The notes beneath the pieces are model-generated. The model saw nothing but the letters and a program-made list of their open reading frames with translations. It was not told the origin of the DNA and did no database searches. The position numbers were made by a program, and so were the translations under genes. Of a stretch of DNA of 24,094 nucleotides, positions 16,958-24,094 are shown in pieces. This DNA comes from an uncultured bacterium (lineage in GTDB: Bacteria > Hydrogenedentota > Hydrogenedentia > Hydrogenedentales > JAEUWI01): contig CAXBPH010000088.1 in the NCBI GenBank assembly GCA_963977445.1, positions 1 through 24,094 of the forward strand, read 5' to 3'. Position 1 is the first letter of the stretch, and every line of letters begins with the position of its first letter.

Positions 16958-17049
16958 AACTATCAAGTCTTTCTGGAAAATCTGCGGTTGCTATGCCGAG
17001 CTTCTGTCTCTCCGTGTCCAACGACCATCCGTCAACTATCAACTGTCAA

Positions 17050-17436
17050 CTACTCCTCCTTGTCCCCCAGCAGCCCCATCAACCCCTCAAAGGCATTGTG
17101 GCCCAAGGTCACTTCGGTCGTCCCGAGGCCCGTATTGCCGCTTGCTTCCCGCGCTACCGCATCCTGATGTTCGTCGTCGTGGCAGTAGAGGCACAGGAGC
17201 TCCCAATTGCTGCCGTCGGCCGGGTTGTTGTCGTGGTTATGGTCTTTGTGGTGAACGGTGAGCTCCCGGAGCCCCGTACCCTCGTATTCTTTACCACAAC
17301 GTGCACAGACGTGGGGAAAAAGGGCCAGGGCTTTCTCCCGATAACCTTTCCCGCGACTTTCCTGGTAGCCCCGGGCTTTGGCGGCAATGGCAGCCAGCTT
17401 TTCGGGGTCAATTTTTGTTTTCTTTCGGCGTAACAT
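17050..17436 (-). CDS. yajD: YajD-family HNH nuclease
   Basis: GYREKALALFPHVCARC...LRELTVHHKDHNHDNNPADGSNWELLCLYCHDDEH. GGAGG RBS before ATG 17436. Confidence 0.88.
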   Translation of the reverse strand: MLRRKKTKIDPEKLAAIAAKARGYQESRGKGYREKALALFPHVCARCGKEYEGTGLRELTVHHKDHNHDNNPADGSNWELLCLYCHDDEHQDAVAREASGNTGLGTTEVTLGHNAFEGLMGLLGDKEE

Positions 17437-17633
17437 CCGATTCCTCCGGAGAATATCGTCACGGACCTTGTCCACAACGTTTTAACAGGGTGTGTTGTTG
17501 GTGAAGCTATTTTAACAGGTTGAAGACCTCCCCGCGAATGGGGACTGCACTGGACCACTGAACTTAATAATACGGTAACAACGTTGAGGCCAAACCGGCC
17601 AATCCAAAAAATGGAAGAAAACGTGACGTCCGG

Positions 17634-17648
17634 CCCCCCCCCCCCCCC
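17634..17648. repeat. Homopolymer C15 tract
   Basis: 15 consecutive C in the divergent yajD/oxidoreductase intergenic region. Confidence 0.9.
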
Positions 17649-17654
17649 GTCCCC

Positions 17655-17683
17655 ATGCGATTTTGGTCGTGAGATGCTACACT
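17655..17683 (+). promoter_or_regulatory. Putative sigma70 promoter (ATGCGA-17-TACACT, extended TG)
   Basis: TGcTACACT at 17675-17683, with a weak -35 at 17655-17660. Confidence 0.4.
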
Positions 17684-17724
17684 GTTCTTCGTCTAAACCT
17701 ACTTCGCAACGGAGCAACGTAACG

Positions 17725-19365
17725 ATGAATCGATTCTTTTCCTGGGCACTCACGGGCCTCCTTTCCTGCACCCTCTCCCCTATGGCATATACGGAAACCA
17801 TCACGACCGATGTGGTGGTCTACGGTGGCACCTCATCCGCCGTGATGACCGCCGTGCAGGTCGCGCGCCTCGGCAAATCGGTGGTCATTGTTTCGCCAGA
17901 CAAACATCTGGGCGGCCTTACGGCAGGCGGTCTCGGGTGGACAGATGCGGGCAATATGAACGCTGTGGGTGGACTGGCCCTGGAATTTTATCAGCGCATT
18001 CACGACCACTATGAACAGGACAGCGCCTGGCGCCAGCAGACCCGCGAGGAGTTTCGTACGCCCGACACGCGGTCGGCCAAAATGTATGGCAAGGGTGATG
18101 CGGTGTGGTCCTTCGAACCCCACGTGGCCGAGAAGACCTTCGAGGGCTATATCGATGAACTCAAGATTCCGGTCCATCGGGAAGCCCGCCTCGACCGCAG
18201 CAAGGGTGTGGTGGTGCAAGACGGCCACATTCAGTCCATCACGACCCTGTCGGGTGACACCTTCACTGGACGCGTTTTTATCGACGCCACCTATGAAGGC
18301 GATCTCCTCGCCGCCGCGGGGGTGAGCTTCCATGTGGGCCGGGAGGCCAACGCCACCTATGGGGAAGAATGGAACGGCATCCAGGTGGGCGTCCTCCACC
18401 ATGGTCACCACTTCAAAAGCGACGTCAGTCCCTATGTGATTCCGGGCGATCCTGCGAGCGGATTGCTCTATGGCGTGACGGATGAAGACCCCGGTGTTCG
18501 TGGCGATGCCGACAAGCGGATCCAGGCCTATTGCTTCCGCATGTGCCTCACCAACGCCCCGGAAAACCGGGTGCCCTTTTCCAAGCCCGAAGGGTACGAT
18601 CCCGCGAGATATGAATTGCTTGCCCGCGTTTTGGCCACCGGTTGGAATGAGGTCTTCCAAAAATTTGACCCCGCACCCAATCGCAAGACCGACACGAACA
18701 ACCACGGTCCCTTCAGCACCGACAACATCGGCATGAACTATGACTACCCCGAAGGGAGCTATGAACGCCGCCAGGATATCATTGCCCAACACGAGCGCTA
18801 CCAGAAGGGTCTCATGTATTTCCTCGCCAACGACCCCAAGGTGCCGGAGGACATCCGCACGGAAATGTCTACCTGGGGATTGGCGAAAGACGAGTTCACG
18901 GACAATGGCAACTGGCCTCACCAGATATACGTGCGCGAAGCACGCCGCATGGTCGGGGCCTATGTCATGACGGAGCCCGACGTCATGAACAAGCGCCAGG
19001 TACCGAAGTCGGTGGGCATGGGCTCGTACACCATGGATTCCCATAACGTGCAGCGCTATATCAAGCCCAACGGCTTTGTCCAGAATGAAGGGGACATTGG
19101 GGTCAAGACACCCACCTACCAAATCAGCTATGACGCACTGACGCCAAAAAAAGAGGAGTGCGAAAACCTGCTGGTTCCCGTATGCGCGTCGACGTCGCAT
19201 ATCGCCTATGGCTCAATTCGTATGGAACCCGTGTTTATGATTCTGGGACAGAGCGCCGGTGCCGCAGCCGTGCAGGCAATTGAAGCGGACTGCGCGGTGC
19301 AGGAAGTGGATTATGAAACACTGAAGACCACCCTGGAAGCCGCCGACCAACGTCTGGCCTTGTGA
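17725..19365 (+). CDS. Secreted FAD-dependent oxidoreductase (FAD_oxidored family, often mislabelled xanthan lyase)
   Basis: Signal peptide; DVVVYGGTSSAV, HLGGLTAGGLG, FIDATYEGDL, YVREARRMVG, SHIAYGSIRMEPVFM. GGAG RBS. Confidence 0.88.
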   Translation: MNRFFSWALTGLLSCTLSPMAYTETITTDVVVYGGTSSAVMTAVQVARLGKSVVIVSPDKHLGGLTAGGLGWTDAGNMNAVGGLALEFYQRIHDHYEQDSAWRQQTREEFRTPDTRSAKMYGKGDAVWSFEPHVAEKTFEGYIDELKIPVHREARLDRSKGVVVQDGHIQSITTLSGDTFTGRVFIDATYEGDLLAAAGVSFHVGREANATYGEEWNGIQVGVLHHGHHFKSDVSPYVIPGDPASGLLYGVTDEDPGVRGDADKRIQAYCFRMCLTNAPENRVPFSKPEGYDPARYELLARVLATGWNEVFQKFDPAPNRKTDTNNHGPFSTDNIGMNYDYPEGSYERRQDIIAQHERYQKGLMYFLANDPKVPEDIRTEMSTWGLAKDEFTDNGNWPHQIYVREARRMVGAYVMTEPDVMNKRQVPKSVGMGSYTMDSHNVQRYIKPNGFVQNEGDIGVKTPTYQISYDALTPKKEECENLLVPVCASTSHIAYGSIRMEPVFMILGQSAGAAAVQAIEADCAVQEVDYETLKTTLEAADQRLAL

Positions 19366-19508
19366 GGGACGGCAGGGACAACAGAGACAATAATGAACGG
19401 TGTCGTCATGCCGAAACACGGAGACTTTCAAAGTAGAAACCGTTTTCAACAAAGCAATATACACGACGAATCCATTGCCGAGACCCCGATGTCATGTAGA
19501 GGATTTCG

Positions 19509-19671
19509 GGGTGCCACGGTCAAGCCCTCAGGGCTTGCCCGTGCTGACATTGATACACTGAAAATTGCATATGAGTCCTTTATTCAATACGCAAACTAAC
19601 TTTTTTTCACACCCGATTTTGCGTCGCCTGCCCGGCACGGGCAAACCCTGGCGGGCTTGTCCGTGGCACCC
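19509..19671. repeat. Inverted REP doublet (REPIN/BIME-like)
   Basis: GGGTGCCACGGTCAAGCCCTCAGGGCTTGCCCGTGC (19509-19544) and an inverted near-copy (19635-19671), each internally palindromic, flanking a 90-bp spacer. Confidence 0.75.
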
Positions 19672-19725
19672 AAACGTACGCTTCGTTAAAACGCAAATAG
19701 CGCAATACATCGAATGGAGAAAACA

Positions 19726-21519
19726 ATGCCTTACCTGAAGCATCTCACCCTGGGCTTGCTCATGCTGTCAAGCGCCGTCGCGACGGCACAACGCCCCGAC
19801 AACCTTGACGACCTCCCACTCATCGATGGCCCCTGGTCTAACGACGACGATAAGTTCAGCTTTGTCATCCTTGGCGACAAAACCAGTGGCGGCGAAGGTA
19901 AATGGCCCATCTATGACCGGGCGGTGGATTCTATCAATCTCCTCAATCCTGATTTTGTCATTACCGTGGGCGATATGATTCCCGGCCATATGGATACGCG
20001 CGGCCCGTGGGATGCCGAGTGGGCAGAGTATATGGCGCATGCCAAACGTATTGAGGCTCCCCTCTTTTTCACGGTGGGTAACCACGATATCTCCAACATC
20101 GAAACGTACCAGTGGTGGCAGGAAGACTTCGGGCGCACCTACTATTCTTTCGACTACAAGGGCTGTCATTTCCTCAGCTTCAACACGGAAGAGGAGCGTA
20201 TCGATGGGCGCGGCCCCGTGTGGCAGGCCATGATGGATTGGACCCGCAAGGATCTCGCGGCTTCGAAGGATGCCCGCCACACCTTCATCTTTTTCCACAA
20301 ACCCATGTGGGATGACCCGCGCTTTGAAGACGTATGGGCGGATATCGAATCGGCGCTGGGTGATCGGAAGTTTACGGTCGTCGCGGGCCACGAGCATTAT
20401 CACAGCACGGAGTTCAAGAACGGCAACACCTATGTCGTCCAGAGTGCGACCGGTGGTGGCATCGACCTGAGCGACGTGAAAAAGTGGGGCACCTTCCACA
20501 GCTTCGGTTTTGTCACCGTCGATGGCAAGGAAACCAGCTACGCGGTGGTGGAGCCGGAAGGCGGCATCTGGCCCGTCGATGTGGCACCCGTCGCGTTTCG
20601 TAAGGCTATCAACCACGAACTCGTAAAAGCCGACGCCAGGCCCGGCACCGACTTTTCTCAGGACGTCGTTTCGCTCATCGTCGATTTTAACCTCGACAAC
20701 GTCCTCGATAAGGAGGTACGCCTTCGCCTGGTATTGGAGGACTTCTCCACGAGTGGGTGGACCACCGGCCTCCGGGTAGGTGGCGACTGGCACATGGAGG
20801 AAAATGACCTGGTCCTGGAAACAGACCTCGCTCAGGGTGCCTCTAGAACAATCCCCCTTTCCCTGAGTATTCCGCGTAACCGCCTGTCCTTCCCCCCCGA
20901 CCTGAACTGGTCGGTGGCGTATGGTGACCACTGGCTCAATAAAGACGGCATGCGCATGGTGGAAGTGACCACCATACCGATTCACCCGGTCGCCAGCCTT
21001 CGTGCGCCCGCCCAGGTCCAGTTGGTCGGACCGTTCCCCCTGGGCCCCATTGATACCAGCCACCTTCCGGCACACCCGGAAAAAGCCAACGCCAACTTCT
21101 TTCAACTCATGGGTCCGGAAAAGGGCTTCGAAGAAGGGGCACACTACGCCGGTGACCTCACGTGGCAAGCCACCGTCCCCCTGGGCTTTGGCCTGATTAA
21201 CGGCAATTCCCTGCTGGGCACGTTGGATCACGTGTCCGCCTATGTGTCTTGCGCCGTCTACTCGCCGGAAGACCAAATCACCCATGCGGTGGTGGGCTCG
21301 GATAACTTCGCCCAGACCTATCTGAACGGTGCCCTTATCGAAAACGGCCAGGACTTCGGTGGCGGTGGCGATTTCGTCTATCCGGAGCTTGCCCTGAAAA
21401 AAGGCTGGAATACGGTGGTGGCAAAACTCATCAATAATCGCGCCGATTGGTTCTTGCGCTTCCTCATCGCCGACCCCAACGGCAATCTGAAAATTGAGGA
21501 TAAGACTCCGGGAGCGTAG
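19726..21519 (+). CDS. Secreted calcineurin-like metallophosphoesterase with C-terminal beta-rich domains
   Basis: Signal peptide (AVATA/Q); motifs LGDKT, VGDMIPG, VGNHD, FFHKP, AGHEH. C-terminus resembles a beta-sandwich (LKKGWNTVVAKL). Confidence 0.85.
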   Translation: MPYLKHLTLGLLMLSSAVATAQRPDNLDDLPLIDGPWSNDDDKFSFVILGDKTSGGEGKWPIYDRAVDSINLLNPDFVITVGDMIPGHMDTRGPWDAEWAEYMAHAKRIEAPLFFTVGNHDISNIETYQWWQEDFGRTYYSFDYKGCHFLSFNTEEERIDGRGPVWQAMMDWTRKDLAASKDARHTFIFFHKPMWDDPRFEDVWADIESALGDRKFTVVAGHEHYHSTEFKNGNTYVVQSATGGGIDLSDVKKWGTFHSFGFVTVDGKETSYAVVEPEGGIWPVDVAPVAFRKAINHELVKADARPGTDFSQDVVSLIVDFNLDNVLDKEVRLRLVLEDFSTSGWTTGLRVGGDWHMEENDLVLETDLAQGASRTIPLSLSIPRNRLSFPPDLNWSVAYGDHWLNKDGMRMVEVTTIPIHPVASLRAPAQVQLVGPFPLGPIDTSHLPAHPEKANANFFQLMGPEKGFEEGAHYAGDLTWQATVPLGFGLINGNSLLGTLDHVSAYVSCAVYSPEDQITHAVVGSDNFAQTYLNGALIENGQDFGGGGDFVYPELALKKGWNTVVAKLINNRADWFLRFLIADPNGNLKIEDKTPGA

Positions 21520-21619
21520 GGGGCAGTTGCTCATCGGCTATGTGGCGAAGTATGCATAATCGATGGAGCGACGGAATGAGACGCCCATTGCAAGGGCATA
21601 TTTGAAGGCAGATGAAACC

Positions 21620-22696
21620 ATGAACTTAGAAGATTTTGGCTGGGACGACGGCTGGGCGGCACTTTTCGCCGCCGAGACCGTCCCAGACGCTATTCCGGGG
21701 CGCATACTGCGCGAGTATCGTCACCGCTATGTCATTCAATGCGCCGCGGGTGTCTTGGACGGCGAAGTGACGGGTACGTTTCGTCACGCGCACCCCCGAC
21801 AGGAAGACTTTCCTACGGTAGGTGACTGGGTCGCCCTCGTACCCGTTGCAGGCGAAGGCAAGGGCCGCATCCACGCCGTTCTGCCCCGCCGCTCGGCGTT
21901 CTCTCGTCCCGCACCGGGAAAGACGTCCGATATTCAGGTAATGGCGGCCAATGTGGATACGGTCTTCCTCGTGAGTGGGCTGGACGGTGATTTCAACCTC
22001 CGTCGTATCGAGCGTTATCTCACCATGGCCTACGACAGCGGGGCGAACCCGGTCATCCTCCTCAACAAATGCGATCTGGAGCCGGCACTCGAAGCCCGTA
22101 TCGGGGAGGTCGAAGGGGTGGCCTATGGCGTGCCTATCCATGGCGTCAGTTCCCTCTCGGGCGCAGGCCTGGACAGCCTCCGAAGCTATGCGAAGCCCGG
22201 CAAGACCCTGGTGTGTCTGGGTTCGTCGGGAGCGGGCAAGTCTTCGCTGGTCAACGCACTCCTCGGCAACACGGTGATGGAAACGGGCGATGTGCGCGAA
22301 GACGACAGTCGGGGTCGCCACACGACGACCCACCGGGAACTTTTCCCCTTGCCTGATGGGGGACTGATTATCGACACGCCGGGCATCCGGGAGTTGCAGG
22401 TTTCGGGAAGCGGCGAAAATCTGGAGGCCGCCTTTGGGGATGTGGAGGCCTGGCTCGACGGCTGCCAGTTCCGCGATTGCACCCATTCCGGTGAACGGGG
22501 CTGCGCGGTGGAGGGGGCTATAGAGCGGGGCGAGCTGGACCCCAAACGATTTGAGGCCTATCAACGACTCCAACGGGAAATGGCCTATACAGAGCGCAGG
22601 CATAGTGAGAGTTATCACTATGAAGAGCGAAAACGGGGTAAAGAGTTGGGGAAAATGATTAGGCGTACTCTAAATGAAAAGCAGAATCGGCGCTAG
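21620..22696 (+). CDS. rsgA: Ribosome small subunit-dependent GTPase A
   Basis: PTVGDWV (OB fold), AANVD, NKCD, GSSGAGKSS, GRHTTT, DTPGIRE, Zn finger CQFRDCTHSGERGC. Confidence 0.95.
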   Translation: MNLEDFGWDDGWAALFAAETVPDAIPGRILREYRHRYVIQCAAGVLDGEVTGTFRHAHPRQEDFPTVGDWVALVPVAGEGKGRIHAVLPRRSAFSRPAPGKTSDIQVMAANVDTVFLVSGLDGDFNLRRIERYLTMAYDSGANPVILLNKCDLEPALEARIGEVEGVAYGVPIHGVSSLSGAGLDSLRSYAKPGKTLVCLGSSGAGKSSLVNALLGNTVMETGDVREDDSRGRHTTTHRELFPLPDGGLIIDTPGIRELQVSGSGENLEAAFGDVEAWLDGCQFRDCTHSGERGCAVEGAIERGELDPKRFEAYQRLQREMAYTERRHSESYHYEERKRGKELGKMIRRTLNEKQNRR

Positions 22697-22701
22697 GGTT
22701 T

Positions 22702-22728
22702 CAGGGACTACAGGGACTACAGGGACCA
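22702..22728 (+). repeat. 9-bp tandem repeat (CAGGGACTA x3)
   Basis: CAGGGACTA CAGGGACTA CAGGGACCA between the convergent rsgA and TetR genes. Confidence 0.8.
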
Positions 22729-22746
22729 ATGGAGCTATTGGGCTAA

Positions 22747-23442
22747 TCAAGAAGTTGCTCCTTTGGATTCCCCGAGGCCTTCCACGAGTTCTACGATGCG
22801 GGCGGCGGATTGGTTCACCCCGCGCATGAAGGGCAGGGTGGTCGCCTGGGTCAGCCGATAGATGAGCGCCAGACTCAGGTCAATAAGCTCTTCGGTCCGT
22901 CGTCGTTCCGGAGAGCGATCGTTCATCCAGAACAGGATCACCCCCATTTGATAGAGCCAGAGCGCTTTGGGCAGATGGGGTCGCAAGGCGGCAGAAACCT
23001 TTACATTGCTGCCCTCCAGGACCTCCTGAATGAGGCCGATGGCTTCGTCCCGCATGGGCTTGGTGTCTGGACTGAATGGGGACAAGGGATTGCGCCAGTC
23101 CGTGGCCTGGCGGGCCAACACGGTGGCCAAATCGCGGAAGGGCTCCATTTGCTGAAATTTGAACTGGAGGAGGGCCTTCAGGCGAATTTTAAAGTCTTTG
23201 GAGCTGGCTACGATGTCGCCGTTGTGCTCCCGGGCTTCGGCGCCGGTTTGGGCGTAAAAAAGAAGCACCAGTTCTTCTTTGGTCTTCACATGGTAGTAAG
23301 CCGCCCCCAGGGAGAGTCCGCAGGCATCTGCAATCATGCGCATGGTGGTCTTTTCGAAGCCGTGCTCTTGAAAGAGCCCCAGCGCGGTGTTGAGTAAATG
23401 CGCCTTCGTGGCGATACTTTTCTTCGTGGTTTTCGCGGCCAT
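22747..23442 (-). CDS. TetR/AcrR family transcriptional regulator
   Basis: HTH ALGLFQEHGFEKTTMRMIADACGLSLGAAYYHVKTKEEL; AAGGG RBS-like sequence upstream. Confidence 0.93.
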   Translation of the reverse strand: MAAKTTKKSIATKAHLLNTALGLFQEHGFEKTTMRMIADACGLSLGAAYYHVKTKEELVLLFYAQTGAEAREHNGDIVASSKDFKIRLKALLQFKFQQMEPFRDLATVLARQATDWRNPLSPFSPDTKPMRDEAIGLIQEVLEGSNVKVSAALRPHLPKALWLYQMGVILFWMNDRSPERRRTEELIDLSLALIYRLTQATTLPFMRGVNQSAARIVELVEGLGESKGATS

Positions 23443-23459
23443 GGTAAGCCCTTTCTTTT

Positions 23460-23504
23460 TTTGAACGCATTCAAACTATAGCGTGGCGGGGCGGATTTTG
23501 TCAA
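23460..23504 (-). promoter_or_regulatory. Sigma70 promoter of the TetR gene with an overlapping palindromic operator
   Basis: Minus strand TTGACA (23504-23499), 18 bp, TATAGT (23480-23475). Palindrome TTTGAA-cgca-TTCAAA at 23460-23475 covers the expected start site. Confidence 0.75.
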
Positions 23505-23568
23505 CTTAAATAAACACGTTCAAAAAACTTCCTGCTATCGGAAACGGTGGCGGGACGTCTTTCTGCGC

Positions 23569-23709
23569 ACGGGGCTGTTGATTTACTCAACGCCGCCTAC
23601 CGCACGGAATGAAAGCACGTTGCCGTCATCTCCGCGAAGGCGGAGATCCAGTAACGCGAACACAGAAACCGAGCATACCTACTGGATTCTCCCGTGCGCG
23701 GGAATGACG
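23569..23709. repeat. 141-bp direct repeat copy 1 containing a CGTC/dRS3-like palindromic pair
   Basis: Near-identical to 23768-23908 (199-bp period). Contains GTCATCTCCGCGAAGGCGGAGATCCAG...CTGGATTCTCCCGTGCGCGGGAATGAC. Confidence 0.9.
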
Positions 23710-23752
23710 AATTACTCCAAATGGAGCCCGAAAATTTTAAAAAGGCCGAAGG

Positions 23753-23989
23753 CCGTCATCCTCGCGAACGGGGCTGTTGATTTACTCAACGCCTCCTACC
23801 GCACGGAATGAAAGCACGTTGCCGTCATCTCCGCGAACGCGGAGATCCAGTAACGCGAACACAGAAACCGTGCATACCTACTGGATTCCCGCCTGCGCGG
23901 GAATGACGTTGTGGACGCTAAATACGGGTCGGTAGGCTTTATTCGTAATCCGCACATTAAATCAACCGCCGCCTTCGTGAGGATGACGG
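23753..23989. mobile_element. MITE-like element with 32-bp terminal inverted repeats enclosing repeat copy 2
   Basis: 23753-23784 matches the reverse complement of 23958-23989 at 28/32 positions. Interior has a perfect ATTCCC-N8-GGGAAT at 23885-23904. No transposase ORF. Confidence 0.55.
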
Positions 23990-24094
23990 GTATAGAAGGT
24001 GGTGAGTCTAAGAACGAGCATTCCGCGTCACAAAACCAAACGTCAAGGGTGCCACCCATACGGGGAGGAGCGAAGCGGGGGAGCTTATGGGTGT

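Noticed and set aside
16808..17433. Plus-strand ORFs after the ALDH
   Set aside because: They run through the terminator, the repeats and the antisense strand of yajD; no coding signal.
17050..17436. HNH nuclease as a defence system or homing element
   Set aside because: Matches the widespread standalone YajD family, with no adjacent methylase, ATPase or intron context.
19768..21534. 588-aa minus-strand ORF (and similar long antisense ORFs at 17833-19200, 7997-9340, 15126-16229 and 21626-22618)
   Set aside because: Shadow ORFs opposite well-supported genes in GC-rich DNA, with no recognisable motifs.
23569..23908. CRISPR array
   Set aside because: Only two long units, with essentially identical internal 'spacers', and no cas genes in the window.
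23578..24059. Small ORFs 23578-23811 (+) and 23796-24059 (-)
   Set aside because: They are translations of the palindromic repeats (SFPRRRES, WISAFAEMT patterns) with no RBS support.

Overview
GC-rich bacterial chromosomal segment. From left to right it contains: (1) an AT-rich stretch ending in an isolated 3' part of tRNA-Arg(ACG) (318-367), probably the att junction of an element integrated to the left, followed by two terminator hairpins and a small orphan ORF; (2) a six-gene minus-strand surface-glycosylation operon (GT-C-type membrane protein, Wzx-like flippase, SAM methyltransferase, GT2, and two tandem paralogous GT-C-like membrane proteins); (3) a divergent three-gene operon with an intact lipoprotein HtrA/DegP, an apparently catalytically dead HtrA paralog and a TPR-like lipoprotein; (4) a ThDP 'acetolactate synthase-like' enzyme plus an ALDH21-like aldehyde dehydrogenase, each preceded by a sigma54-like motif, which may form a 2-oxoglutarate decarboxylase / succinic semialdehyde dehydrogenase TCA bypass; (5) yajD, a secreted FAD oxidoreductase with a C15 tract upstream, a secreted metallophosphoesterase, rsgA and a TetR gene with its own promoter and operator; (6) several intergenic palindromic repeat families, including a nested, duplicated dRS3/CGTC-type element at the right end. 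All family calls come from motif recognition by eye; no searches were run.
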